Origin: an uncultured Nitrososphaerota archaeon
GTDB taxonomy: Archaea; Thermoproteota; Methanomethylicia; Culexarchaeales; Culexmicrobiaceae
Reading direction: 5' to 3'
DNA: 64,000 bases
NCBI GenBank assembly: GCA_964462875.1
Contig: CAYWZQ010000010.1
Coordinates: forward strand, 3,880 to 67,879
In this document: positions 36,835 to 46,542 of the stretch, piece by piece
Layout: the number at the start of each line of letters is the position of its first letter
Numbering within the stretch: position 1 is the stretch's first letter
Made by a program: the position numbers and the translations under genes
The notes under the pieces: generated by a model
Told to the model about the DNA's origin: nothing
The model's input: the letters and a program-made list of their open reading frames with translations, nothing else
Databases searched by the model: none

Positions 36835-38279
36835 TTTAAGTCTTTAGGTAGCCTTACTATCGAATTAGTATTAGATAACACTATTTCTATGGTTAGTGGA
36901 GAACCTATTGAATGGACAGAACATGATAGGCAGGGATCATAATCCCTGACGAGAGCAGTAACTTCTCTCCAAATTTTCTCCTCATTTACACCTTCACGTT
37001 CTATAATTTTGGTAACTAAAATTCTTATGTCTCGACTAATTATGGGCGTATTTTGCACGGTTGCAACTATCATGTTTGCATGGGTTACTAGGCCTTCATC
37101 ATTTACTCTATAGTGATGAATTAAAGTACCTCTTGGTGCTTCAACTATACCTATACCTTCATTAGAAACTATTTTCAGTTTTCGTGGAACACTTCTGAGA
37201 ATGCTTTCCCTTTCAATTGAAGGATCCTTCAATAATTCGCATATCTTGTCCAAGCAGTATGCTATTTCAATTAATCTTGCCAAGTTATAATGACGAGTTG
37301 AATTTATAACGATACCGCTTCTAAAACCATACTCAACTTTCAAGCTTTCTGCCCAATCTGAATCTATTTTCTCTGCAATGTTGATTCTAGCTAATGGCCC
37401 AACTCTGTAGAAACCATCTGGATAACCCAGCTTTGTGAGAAAAGGTGCTTTGGCATAGCTCCATTCTACGACAAGTTCATTGATATGCTCAAGGTAATTA
37501 CATGGGTCGAAGCTATCTATTACATTACCATTACTTGATATTGCTTTAATAGTTGGGGAATCATAGAGCGCCAAGTCCGTTTCGTCATATAGGGCAAGGT
37601 AATTTGATGGAATATTTAATTCTGATTGACTAAGAAATCTTTCAATATGAGGTCGAATGCTGTTTAAAATTTGAGAATAAGTTCTTTGTGCTTCATTGCA
37701 TAAGCTTAAGAGCTCCATTCTAACTTCATGTTCAAGGGGCTTGGAAAAGCTACCAGGCACGGCACCAGTCGGATGAATAGATGAACCAGCAAGTGCCTCG
37801 AGTACTTTATGGGCGAAAATTCTTACTTTGAGTGCCTGCTTAATAAGTGATGGATAACGCCTTAGCAGTTCGGTAAAGCCCCTTTTCTGTAGAGGAACAT
37901 CGCTCAGCATAAGGTCTGGCAAATATAAAATGAAGAAGTGAAGCAAATGACTATGAATAATGCCTGCTAAATGCAACATCAATCTTAGATTTCTAGCTTC
38001 ATCCGGAATTTCTAAACCGAATATATGGTCTACAGCTTTAATTGAGGCAAGATGATGTGCTGTTGAACACAATCCGCAGATTCTTGTCACAAGTATTGGG
38101 AGCTCTTCTATGGGCCTATTTTTTATAAAGTGTTCAAAAGCCCTAAATTCTAGTACTTGAAATAGGGCATTCTTGACTTCATTTTCTTCAATTAATATTG
38201 TGACTTTTGCATGACCTTCAATCCTAGTTACGGGGCATATAGTAATATGATGCTTCAATGCCTTTTCCTCCATAGCCAA
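36831..38279 (-). CDS. mvhA: [NiFe]-hydrogenase large subunit, Mvh/group-3-like
   Basis: N-terminal RIEGHAKV and RICGLCSTAHHLAS. C-terminal DPCLSCSVH is followed by a 26-aa tail expected to be removed by the maturation protease. Confidence 0.85.
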   Translation of the reverse strand: MAMEEKALKHHITICPVTRIEGHAKVTILIEENEVKNALFQVLEFRAFEHFIKNRPIEELPILVTRICGLCSTAHHLASIKAVDHIFGLEIPDEARNLRLMLHLAGIIHSHLLHFFILYLPDLMLSDVPLQKRGFTELLRRYPSLIKQALKVRIFAHKVLEALAGSSIHPTGAVPGSFSKPLEHEVRMELLSLCNEAQRTYSQILNSIRPHIERFLSQSELNIPSNYLALYDETDLALYDSPTIKAISSNGNVIDSFDPCNYLEHINELVVEWSYAKAPFLTKLGYPDGFYRVGPLARINIAEKIDSDWAESLKVEYGFRSGIVINSTRHYNLARLIEIAYCLDKICELLKDPSIERESILRSVPRKLKIVSNEGIGIVEAPRGTLIHHYRVNDEGLVTHANMIVATVQNTPIISRDIRILVTKIIEREGVNEEKIWREVTALVRDYDPCLSCSVHSIGSPLTIEIVLSNTNSIVRLPKDLK

Positions 38280-39157
38280 GGCTTTATAGCTGAAATCGGC
38301 AATGTAAAGCGGTAAAATAGGCCCACAAGGTCAGGTATTGCTCCCAAATCTTCAATTGAAACATCTATAAGCGAGGATGAGGAGGCAATTACACTAATCA
38401 TTTTGGCAGCACCATCAATCGACTTATCGAGCGGTCCAAGGCAACCCCTACATGGGTATCCAGCCCTTATGCACTGAGCATTACAGCCGCCTCGAGTTAC
38501 AGGGCCAAGACATATAAAGCCCTGTTCAAGCAAGCATTTATTACGATCAATTTCACCGAAAGGCCAGCGTTTAACACTCTTCATTTCCTTGGATTCTCCA
38601 GTATTTAATGGACATTCATCGCACACACTTTTATTGGGCAATCTAAACTCTCTTCCCTCCACAATTGAGATGAAAAACTCTCTTATTAGTTCGGGAGGAG
38701 GAGGACAACCAGGTAACTCATAGTCTACATTTATTAATTCGCTGACTGGCTTGATAAAGTCAGTTAGCTTAGGTAAATTGAGGGTAGGTGGGGAGCCCGC
38801 CGGATTTATTGTTCCAATCTGATTTATATATGAAGACTCGAGCAATTGATTAGATGGAGATAAGTTTGAAAGACCAGGTATGCCTCCAAAGCAAGCACAT
38901 GAACCGAAGGCAACAGCAACATTACATCTACCTTTCCAATACTTTACTTTCTTAAGGTCATCTTCAGTTCTAACAGCACCACTTAAAATTACGATGTCAA
39001 CGTGTTGAGGTCTATTAGAATCCATGAGTATAGGAGCATAAACTATCTCAAGGTTCTTCTCTAATAGAACTATTAATTCATCCCCCAAATTTAATATTGA
39101 GTTTTCACAGCCACCGCACGTCGTTAGTTGCTCAATTGCAATGGATAACTTGCGCAT
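38255..39157 (-). CDS. mvhG: [NiFe]-hydrogenase small subunit, MvhG-like
   Basis: CGGCENS, GSCACFGG, GCPP and additional Cys clusters (CDECP, CLGPVTRGGCNAQC, CRGC). Confidence 0.8.
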   Translation of the reverse strand: MRKLSIAIEQLTTCGGCENSILNLGDELIVLLEKNLEIVYAPILMDSNRPQHVDIVILSGAVRTEDDLKKVKYWKGRCNVAVAFGSCACFGGIPGLSNLSPSNQLLESSYINQIGTINPAGSPPTLNLPKLTDFIKPVSELINVDYELPGCPPPPELIREFFISIVEGREFRLPNKSVCDECPLNTGESKEMKSVKRWPFGEIDRNKCLLEQGFICLGPVTRGGCNAQCIRAGYPCRGCLGPLDKSIDGAAKMISVIASSSSLIDVSIEDLGAIPDLVGLFYRFTLPISAIKPWLWRKRH

Positions 39158-39162
39158 ATGCT

Positions 39163-39570
39163 TTACGACCTCCCTATTGGACTTGGACCCATAGACTCTA
39201 TACGCTTTGTAAAGTTTTTAATTAAATTAACAATACGCATACCTTCACCAGCAGATGCCCAGCTAAACTCTATTCTATCTGATTCTAAACCTAGTTCTTG
39301 CATTAATTTCTTTAACAAGTAGATTTTCCTCTCCGCTCTATAATTACCATTCATGTAGTGGCAGTCTCCGGGATGGCAACCTATAACCATTACACCGTCA
39401 GCGCCTAGTTGAAAAGCTGATAGTATGTGAATTGGATCTACTCTCCCAGTACACATCACTCTAATGATTCTTATATTAGCGGGGTACTTGAGCCGCATGA
39501 TGCCAGCTAAATCCGCAGCTGCATATCCACACCAATTACATAGGAAACCAATTATCTTGGGTCGCCACAT
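39163..39570 (-). CDS. mvhD: Methyl-viologen-reducing hydrogenase delta subunit (MvhD) domain protein
   Basis: KIIGFLCNWCGYAAADLAG...MCTGRVDP...DGVMVIGCHPGDCHY is the MvhD/FlpD signature. Confidence 0.85.
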   Translation of the reverse strand: MWRPKIIGFLCNWCGYAAADLAGIMRLKYPANIRIIRVMCTGRVDPIHILSAFQLGADGVMVIGCHPGDCHYMNGNYRAERKIYLLKKLMQELGLESDRIEFSWASAGEGMRIVNLIKNFTKRIESMGPSPIGRS

Positions 39571-40140
39571 TCATATCACATCTCCCTGAAGGAGCCTTTT
39601 TCCGTAGTTCCACCCCTCTTCTAAAGCTTTAAGATTAAGCTCTTCAGTGCCCTTGGGAACGCTATCCAGCACTGACTTTTTTAATGCCTCAAAGCTAACT
39701 ATACCTGTTAGAGCTGAAAAAGCACCTAGCATCACAATGTTAGCAACTATTCTTTTACCAAGGCTTGACGCAATTCTAGTTGCTGGAACTTTATACACTT
39801 TAACTTGCTTTGGCATATCTATTAGATCTACTAGGTCCTCATCGACAATTATTATTCCACCTTTCTTAACTTCATTCTTATAGTAATTATATGCATCTTG
39901 AGAGAGAGCTATTAAAACATCAGGCTTGCTTACATAAGGGTAATCTATTTCTTCATCTGAAATTATAATATCCGACCTAGCTCTGCTCCCCCTAGCTTCA
40001 GGACCATATGATTCTGTTTGAACAGCATTCTTTTTATCAAATAGGCATGCTGCCTTGCCCAACACATAACCTGCCAACAATATTCCCTGTCCGCCCAACC
40101 CCGAAATCCTGACCTCCCGCTTCATAATTAGCTCCCCCAC
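39571..40140 (-). CDS. korG: 2-oxoacid:ferredoxin oxidoreductase gamma subunit
   Basis: ISGLGGQGILLAG...; 189 aa. Its stop codon directly abuts the mvhD ATG (TGAATG). Confidence 0.85.
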   Translation of the reverse strand: MGELIMKREVRISGLGGQGILLAGYVLGKAACLFDKKNAVQTESYGPEARGSRARSDIIISDEEIDYPYVSKPDVLIALSQDAYNYYKNEVKKGGIIIVDEDLVDLIDMPKQVKVYKVPATRIASSLGKRIVANIVMLGAFSALTGIVSFEALKKSVLDSVPKGTEELNLKALEEGWNYGKRLLQGDVI

Positions 40141-40143
40141 AAT

Positions 40144-41004
40144 TCACTCAAGTGGTTCAACGAGATTTTTAACTTTAAGACCTCCGCGAATTTCTATTAA
40201 CCTGTAAAGCTCAGTAATAAATTCCGGTCTCTCCACATCAACAAATTCGCCGACAATTATTCTCCCCTTAACATTAATTTCAGCTTTAGAAGGATCTATG
40301 AAGTTTCTAACTATACTGTTTCTCTTCAAATAATCCATTACTTCAGGTGGTGAGCCAAGCTTATTGTATCGAGCATAGAGAGTAATACATGGTGCAATGA
40401 CCTCTATGAAAGCAAAACCTTTCTTCATTAAACCCTTCTTGATTGATTGTGATAATTGAATTGGATGAGCAACTGTCCACCTAGCAACATATACTGCACC
40501 TGCAGCAGCTGCCAAGTGCACAAGGTTAAATGGATGCTCTATATTTCCATATGGAGAAGTGGTCGTAAGGGAACCGAATGGAGTTGTTGGACCAACTTGT
40601 CCACCAGTCATTCCATAATTGAAATTATTTATACATATAACAAGCAAATCCACATTTCTTCTAGCTGCATGTATGAAGTGATTGCCCCCAATTGCAAATA
40701 GATCACCATCACCACTAAAAACTACTACATGGATATCAGGTCTAGCCACCTTTATTCCCATGGCTAAAGGAATTGCTCTTCCATGAGTTGTATGGAAGGA
40801 ATCACAGTGTACGTATCCAGCAGCTCTTCCGCTGCATCCAATTCCTGAAACAAAAGCAATTTTATCCATGCTTATATTTAACTCCTTAACCGCTCTTAGA
40901 AAGCTGGCGAGTGCAATGCCAATACCGCAACCAGGACACCAGATATGTGGAAGCCGTTCAATGCGCAATAAATCATCTAATGGATGACTAATCTTACTTG
41001 ACAT
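40144..41004 (-). CDS. korB: 2-oxoacid:ferredoxin oxidoreductase beta subunit (TPP-binding)
   Basis: WCPGCGIG, GIGCSGR, SGDGDLFAIGGNH, APCITLY. Confidence 0.88.
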   Translation of the reverse strand: MSSKISHPLDDLLRIERLPHIWCPGCGIGIALASFLRAVKELNISMDKIAFVSGIGCSGRAAGYVHCDSFHTTHGRAIPLAMGIKVARPDIHVVVFSGDGDLFAIGGNHFIHAARRNVDLLVICINNFNYGMTGGQVGPTTPFGSLTTTSPYGNIEHPFNLVHLAAAAGAVYVARWTVAHPIQLSQSIKKGLMKKGFAFIEVIAPCITLYARYNKLGSPPEVMDYLKRNSIVRNFIDPSKAEINVKGRIIVGEFVDVERPEFITELYRLIEIRGGLKVKNLVEPLE

Positions 41005-42163
41005 TTTCGTAAACCTCCTCTATCACCCTTAGTATTTCATCGGGAGTATGAATATCGCCACCCAGCTTGGGTGCGAAATGCACTGGCTTACCTAAAGCAA
41101 ATCTCTCAACTTCTCGCACTATTTGACCATAATTCATCTCCAGCACTATGTACGACTTCACTTTTAATGATAGTCTTTTAAAGTAATTGCCTGGAAAAGG
41201 CCATACAGTGATTAGTCGTACAAGACCAACTTTTAGACCATAATCTGACCGCGCAATTTTTACAGCTCTAATAGCAGATCTAGCCGGAGAACCATAAGTT
41301 ACAAGCACAACTTCCGCATCATCAATAAAAAACTCATCCATTCTAACAATTTTATCAATATTTAGTTTTATTTTATCGCATAATCTCTTTACTAGCATCT
41401 CATGGGTTCTAGGGTCAATAGATTTCGGTAAGCCATCATAACCATGCGTCAAACCAGTTACATGAATTCTATATCCCTCACCAATACATGCCATTGGAGG
41501 TACGAGGTCATCGTCAGGCTCAAATGGCCTATATAGCTTTGGAGGCTTCCGAGGCTTCTTGCGATTAACTATCTTAACTTCATCAGGAGCTTTCAATATT
41601 ACCCGCTCGCGCATATGACCAATTATTTCATCTGAAAGCAATATTACTGGAACCCTAAATTGCTCAGCTAAATTGAAAGCTTCAATTGTTAAATCAAACA
41701 TTTCTTGAACTGAATAGGGAGATAATGCTATGACCTCATGATCACCATGGCATCCCCACCTAGCTTGCATTACATCACCTTGGCTAGCTCTGGTCGGCTG
41801 GCCAGTGCTTGGTCCTCCTCTCATGACGTTAACTATAACTATTGGAGCTTCAGTCATTACTGCCAATCCTATATTTTCTTGCATTAAGCTGAAGCCCGGT
41901 CCACTTGTAGCAGTCATTGCTTTGGCCCCGGCATATGAAGCTCCAATTATTAAAGCTATGGAAGCCATTTCATCTTCCATCTGAATGAAAATGCCACCAA
42001 CCTCGGGTAATCTCCTGGCCATACGCTCGGCTATCTCGGTCGAGGGAGTAATAGGATAACCAGCAAAAAGCCTACATCCAGCAACTATTGCACCTTCAGC
42101 ACACGCCTCATCTCCCTGCATGAAAAATGCACCTTTAAGATATTTAGGAGAGCTTTCCCCCAA
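40994..42163 (-). CDS. korA: 2-oxoacid:ferredoxin oxidoreductase alpha subunit
   Basis: MQGDEACAEGAIVAGCRLFAGYPITPSTEI... The track start 42238 adds a hydrophobic non-homologous leader. TTG 42163, preceded by GGGTGAT, is preferred, with uncertainty. Confidence 0.85.
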   Translation of the reverse strand: MGESSPKYLKGAFFMQGDEACAEGAIVAGCRLFAGYPITPSTEIAERMARRLPEVGGIFIQMEDEMASIALIIGASYAGAKAMTATSGPGFSLMQENIGLAVMTEAPIVIVNVMRGGPSTGQPTRASQGDVMQARWGCHGDHEVIALSPYSVQEMFDLTIEAFNLAEQFRVPVILLSDEIIGHMRERVILKAPDEVKIVNRKKPRKPPKLYRPFEPDDDLVPPMACIGEGYRIHVTGLTHGYDGLPKSIDPRTHEMLVKRLCDKIKLNIDKIVRMDEFFIDDAEVVLVTYGSPARSAIRAVKIARSDYGLKVGLVRLITVWPFPGNYFKRLSLKVKSYIVLEMNYGQIVREVERFALGKPVHFAPKLGGDIHTPDEILRVIEEVYENVK

Positions 42164-42327
42164 TACTATCACCCAGAGCCAAATCAAATTAAAGCAATGA
42201 TCTGGTAAAAAACTTACTGCTTTGACTATACTATTCATTAGAGAACTTAATTAAAGAATATTGAGACTAATATGGAATATTCGTGCCTTCCATAAGTTAA
42301 CCTACGTAAATTAAGGATTTTACGTTT

Positions 42328-42427
42328 TGGTGCGGGGGGTGGGATTTGAACCCACGCAGGCCTACGCCACAGCCGTTCTGAAAACTTCCTCAGGGCTGCG
42401 CCTTTGACCTGACTCGGCCACCCCCGC
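42328..42427 (-). tRNA. tRNA-Leu (anticodon GAG) with a ~12-13-nt intron next to the anticodon; CCA encoded
   Basis: The reverse complement begins GCGGGGGTGGCCGAGTCAGG. Anticodon stem CAGCC...GGCTG is interrupted after CUGAGG by AAGTTTTCAGAA(C). CTGA/TCAG pairing is compatible with a bulge-helix-bulge. Confidence 0.85.
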
Positions 42428-42552
42428 TGCTAATTATAGGTGTAGTGAGGAGTAAAATTTAGTTTTCGCTTAAAATGAGTAACTTCGTGGTCTCAGCATG
42501 TTAGATTCCGAGGATGAAAGCGTATTTTATGGAGGCTACCTAATACCTTAAC

Positions 42553-43293
42553 TCATCTTCTTTTTCTCGGAGTACCCTTCTTTCTACCAGTTCTTCTTGC
42601 AGCTATATGTCCTACTTTTTGTCCGGGTGGGGCAGTTCGTGGAACTGGCGGACTGCCTTTAGGATGATGGCCACCACCATGTGGATGGCTAGCTGCCACC
42701 ATAGCTTTTCCTCTTACGACTGGCCACTTCCAAGCCTTAACTTTTACCCTATAATACTTGGTTCCAGCTTTAACAAAAGGCTTCTCGGTTCTCCCTCCTC
42801 CCGCCACCACTCCTATAGTGGCTCTGCACTTGGGGTTGAGGGACTTCAACTTGCCTGATGGAAGACGAATTATTGTCTTGTCAGGTGCTTGAGCTACTAT
42901 CGTAGCATAGGAGCCTGATGCACGTGCAAATTTCCCCCCATCTCCAGGCTTGGCTTCAACGTTGCAGATTAAAGTACCTTCAGGAATCTTCCCTATTGGT
43001 AAAATGTTTCCGACATCAATGGAAGCAGCTACACCCTTCGCAATTACTTGACCAACAGACAATCCTTCAGGCGCAACTATTAATTCCCTAACACCATTTT
43101 CAAACTTCACTAGGGCTACTGGAGCGCCTCTTCCCGGATCATGAAGTAGAGCCTCGACTTTTCCTTTTATAACGGACTTTAACTCTACATCCGTTAATGG
43201 AGAATATTTAACATCTCCAACTCGCTTCCATGATGGAGACCTAAAAACTGAACCTCCTCGTCCTCTCCTTTGAACTATTAATCGTTTACCCAT
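42553..43293 (-). CDS. rpl2: 50S ribosomal protein L2
   Basis: MGKRLIVQRRGRGGSVFRSPSW...GGGRTEKP...HPHGGG. Confidence 0.95.
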   Translation of the reverse strand: MGKRLIVQRRGRGGSVFRSPSWKRVGDVKYSPLTDVELKSVIKGKVEALLHDPGRGAPVALVKFENGVRELIVAPEGLSVGQVIAKGVAASIDVGNILPIGKIPEGTLICNVEAKPGDGGKFARASGSYATIVAQAPDKTIIRLPSGKLKSLNPKCRATIGVVAGGGRTEKPFVKAGTKYYRVKVKAWKWPVVRGKAMVAASHPHGGGHHPKGSPPVPRTAPPGQKVGHIAARRTGRKKGTPRKRR

Positions 43294-43305
43294 GACCCAC
43301 AACCC

Positions 43306-43572
43306 CTACAATATTCCTAGCTTTACAGCTATATCTGAAGCTTTATATTCTGGTGAAAGCTTAACATAGGCTTTTTTCTCGCCTCGAGGAGTAATCAAAG
43401 TATTTACCTTGACTACTTTGACATTAAATAGCTGTTCAACAGCCCACTTTATCATATGCTTATTAGCCCTAATGTTCACTATAAAAGTGAGCTTGTTCTC
43501 CTTCTCTATTTTCTCTATTGCAGATTCCGAAATTACAGGTCTTATTATTATGCTCCAGGGATCGAGCTTCAC
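43306..43572 (-). CDS. rpl23: 50S ribosomal protein L23
   Basis: 88 aa between rpl4 and rpl2, with an L23-like sequence ([33 protein letters not shown]). Confidence 0.9.
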   Translation of the reverse strand: MKLDPWSIIIRPVISESAIEKIEKENKLTFIVNIRANKHMIKWAVEQLFNVKVVKVNTLITPRGEKKAYVKLSPEYKASDIAVKLGIL

Positions 43573-43624
43573 TTAACTTCCCCTCTCCTAAACTCATCAT
43601 AATGTGAAAGCACCTGCCATTCCA

Positions 43625-44455
43625 CTAGCCAAACTTCTCTTTAAGCTTTTCTATTGCAGATTTAGTCCAAATGGTAAGCCTCCCGGGATGGCCTCCAGGA
43701 GCCAAGTGTAAAACGCTCAAATTATCAACATTCACTATATCAACTCCAGGGAAGTTTCTTGCAGCTCTATAGATTCCATCATCTCGACTCACAACTATTA
43801 GAACACTTTTTCTTCTCTTATACCGTCTACCTCTAAATTTACCTTTACCAGGCCTAATCTTCTTTCCCTTTTTTGCTCGCTCAACATCATCCCATATCCC
43901 AAGATTTTTAAAAAGCTCTCTTACTTGTACTGCCCTCGATAACTTTTCTAATTCATCTGACACAATCAAAGGTATTTGAGGCACCTTGTCTATTATATGA
44001 CCCCTTGCAGAAACAAGCGTAGGATCAGCTGTAGCCGCTATTGCCGACATTATTGCCAGTCTCTTTTCCTTCTTATTTATTCTCTCCCAGACAACTTCAT
44101 CAGCTCTGGGTGGATGAGCACGCCTACCTCCAACAGTCATTGGAGCAAAAGCACCTCTGCTTGCCTTCGGGTACCATGAACCTTTAACTCTAGGAATCCT
44201 AGCCACACCATACCCAACACCCCAGCTCTCAGCAGTAGTTCTCTTGCCAGCAAGCGGGTCTCTTCCTTGAGGTTGAATTCTAGCTGTGAAAGCGGAAATG
44301 AAGGCTCGCCTTATAATATCTGGCCTTAGGGGCGTATTAAAGACGCGGGGAAGCTCTATTTCTCCTATTGGCTTGCCTTTAAGATTAAACACACTTACCC
44401 TGCGGCTTACCTCTCTAAATAATTGGGTGATCTTAGTCATCACATAAGCCCCCAT
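43625..44455 (-). CDS. rpl4: 50S ribosomal protein L4
   Basis: Position between rpl3 and rpl23, with archaeal L4 sequence features ([18 protein letters not shown]). Confidence 0.9.
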   Translation of the reverse strand: MGAYVMTKITQLFREVSRRVSVFNLKGKPIGEIELPRVFNTPLRPDIIRRAFISAFTARIQPQGRDPLAGKRTTAESWGVGYGVARIPRVKGSWYPKASRGAFAPMTVGGRRAHPPRADEVVWERINKKEKRLAIMSAIAATADPTLVSARGHIIDKVPQIPLIVSDELEKLSRAVQVRELFKNLGIWDDVERAKKGKKIRPGKGKFRGRRYKRRKSVLIVVSRDDGIYRAARNFPGVDIVNVDNLSVLHLAPGGHPGRLTIWTKSAIEKLKEKFG

Positions 44456-45453
44456 TACCTGACATACATATAAACTATCTTAGGCTTAGTTGTTGGAGCA
44501 TTAGATGGAGGTCTAATGGGATATCTCATTTTTATTAAGCGTTTTGGTGGACCAGGCACTGAGCCCTCAAGCAGCACATATTGGCTTCTAATAATACCAT
44601 AATGTGGAAAACCTCCCCTTGGGTTTATTTCTTCTCCACTTCCCCCAATTTTTAGTATCCTCTTATTGTACTCTGTTCGCTGATGAAAACCTAACTGACC
44701 AGCTCTTGGAATAGTCCACATTACACCTGGGTGTGCTGGACCTATTGAACCTATCCTGCGATGTCCCTTGCGGTGTTTATGCCATCTTGGAAGAATTTTA
44801 ACACCATGCCTTTTGATTACTCCTTGGAAACCTTTACCCTTGGTTACCGCAATTACATCAACATATTGACCCTCAGAGAAAACATCGGTTATAGAAATTT
44901 CATTACCAAGAAGCTTTCTCGCATATTCGAACTGCTCTTTGATACTTCCTCCACCGATTTTAACTTCAAATACCTCAGGCTTCTTCTTATGTATTCCAGC
45001 TTTTCTGGGCTGGCAGCACACAATTAGCCTTAACTCAGAAACCCCATCTAATGAAGACTCTATTTCAGAAATACCATCATCCATATTAAATTTCTCAGGT
45101 ACAGTGAAAACTCTCTCTAAGTCTTTTGGTGGATTTTCACACCATGCTTCAGAAAACGTTTTTAGCCCATATGACGTTCGCTCATAAGCTCTAATCGCGC
45201 ACACAAATAGGGGAGGAGTTTCAATTATAGTTACGGGGCGAATAACCTCGCGTCCATAAAGAGGAGCATTTGGCCAATCCTCTATCATTACTACATGTGT
45301 CATACCAACCTTATAGCCTGCAAATGCTAGGAGTTTTGGAGGCCCCTCAATTTCAGGCCAAGATCTTATCCTAGCTACTATACTCTTAGCTCTAACACGC
45401 GGTCTAAATGCTAATGAACCTCTCCTGGGCGCATGCGTTCTTCTGTGACCCAT
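44455..45453 (-). CDS. rpl3: 50S ribosomal protein L3
   Basis: [22 protein letters not shown]...[12 protein letters not shown]... Confidence 0.95.
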   Translation of the reverse strand: MGHRRTHAPRRGSLAFRPRVRAKSIVARIRSWPEIEGPPKLLAFAGYKVGMTHVVMIEDWPNAPLYGREVIRPVTIIETPPLFVCAIRAYERTSYGLKTFSEAWCENPPKDLERVFTVPEKFNMDDGISEIESSLDGVSELRLIVCCQPRKAGIHKKKPEVFEVKIGGGSIKEQFEYARKLLGNEISITDVFSEGQYVDVIAVTKGKGFQGVIKRHGVKILPRWHKHRKGHRRIGSIGPAHPGVMWTIPRAGQLGFHQRTEYNKRILKIGGSGEEINPRGGFPHYGIIRSQYVLLEGSVPGPPKRLIKMRYPIRPPSNAPTTKPKIVYMYVR

Positions 45454-45524
45454 GGTTCATCCCCAATACTACTCTTACAGATTGCTGGAGAAATAACAAG
45501 AAATCACTAATATATATTTTGCAG

Positions 45525-46403
45525 TTAGCTGAAGAAGCGAATTAATTTGGGCAGTACATTTAAGATAGAAAGAGTGGCAAAAACTGCCTCTTCAGTCCTC
45601 ACAGTTTCAGTTCCCTGAAGTGGAATCGTATTTACTATGAAATCCGCCAGTTCTTCTAGACGCCTTCTTTCTCGCTTAACAATTTCAAACAACCCCTCAT
45701 AAGGGGAGCCAAAAAGTACCAACACCTTGTTGCAATTCCGCATCCTCTCGCAAAGATCTAAAGCCACATCATATATTGGAACTCCATATTTAGAGGTAGC
45801 TATCACAACATCTGCACCACAGTCTTTCACGGTTTCAAACAATCCTTTTCCTGTAAATACAGCTTTATACCCCCAATAGACATTAACATCATTTCTCGAG
45901 ACTAATCTAACTTTTATACTACCCTTACGCTTAACCACTCTAACAGTAATTCTTTGACCTACAGGTAGCGATTTGGAAAGGAAAAACAGGCTACCGAGAC
46001 CAATATCCACTAGAGAACCTCTCCTACCAGATTTGACTACAACTCCTTCCCTGAAGTGCTCTCTCGATATCCTTTCTATTTCGGATTCCACGGTATGGTG
46101 CGGAGCCTTTAATGGCGGAAGAAGACCAGCATACTTTAGGAAGGGAGATATTGGAAAGATTCTTTTCCTCAAGTACTGCGGAGTATCAAGATATCTCAAT
46201 AATTGACATAAAAGCTCTCCTTCAGCTTCAGCGCCATGCTTATCCAAGTAGATTAGGATCTCATCAACTCTAAACACTGCAGCTACTCTACCGATTATAC
46301 CAGCCTTAACAGTCTTTTCCCTTAAATGAGAAAGGTCAGAGGTCAAGCTTGCGGGTAGAGCTATGGCTAATGAGGGCTCTCTTCTTGGAGGAGGCCAGAC
46401 CAT
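45525..46403 (-). CDS. DUF171 / SPOUT-superfamily putative RNA methyltransferase
   Basis: 292 aa immediately upstream of the rpl3 operon. N-terminal LAIALPASLTSD...REKT.K.G.IGRVAAVFRVDEILIY matches my recollection of the DUF171 (COG2106) family. Confidence 0.6.
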   Translation of the reverse strand: MVWPPPRREPSLAIALPASLTSDLSHLREKTVKAGIIGRVAAVFRVDEILIYLDKHGAEAEGELLCQLLRYLDTPQYLRKRIFPISPFLKYAGLLPPLKAPHHTVESEIERISREHFREGVVVKSGRRGSLVDIGLGSLFFLSKSLPVGQRITVRVVKRKGSIKVRLVSRNDVNVYWGYKAVFTGKGLFETVKDCGADVVIATSKYGVPIYDVALDLCERMRNCNKVLVLFGSPYEGLFEIVKRERRRLEELADFIVNTIPLQGTETVRTEEAVFATLSILNVLPKLIRFFS

Positions 46404-46485
46404 TTCTATCGCATTTAATAGGTAAACATTATTTAGAAATAAGTTTCGCGAAACATAAATTAGAGAAAAAGCCTAAGTTGTAGAT

Positions 46486-46542
46486 GCCGATGATTGATTT
46501 GCCGAGTGCTGAAACATGATGAACCATTTCATGCGCTGAGGC
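46486..46542 (+). ncRNA. Candidate C/D box sRNA (2'-O-methylation guide)
   Basis: Read as GCC-[GAUGAUUGA degenerate C]-~12 nt-CUGA(D')-AAC-AUGAUGA(C')-13 nt-CUGA(D)-GGC. It has a short GCC/GGC terminal stem and is ~57 nt long, in the gap between the DUF171 start and the rtcB stop. The C box is imperfect. Confidence 0.4.

Noticed and set aside
46495-46508. Guide 1 of the C/D candidate complements 8 contiguous nt (CACTCGGC) of the tRNA-Ile(GAU) anticodon stem at about 13936-13943
   Set aside because: An 8-mer match is expected by chance about once or twice in 2 x 64 kb. The extended pairing breaks down, and the predicted target (position 29) is not a known modification site.
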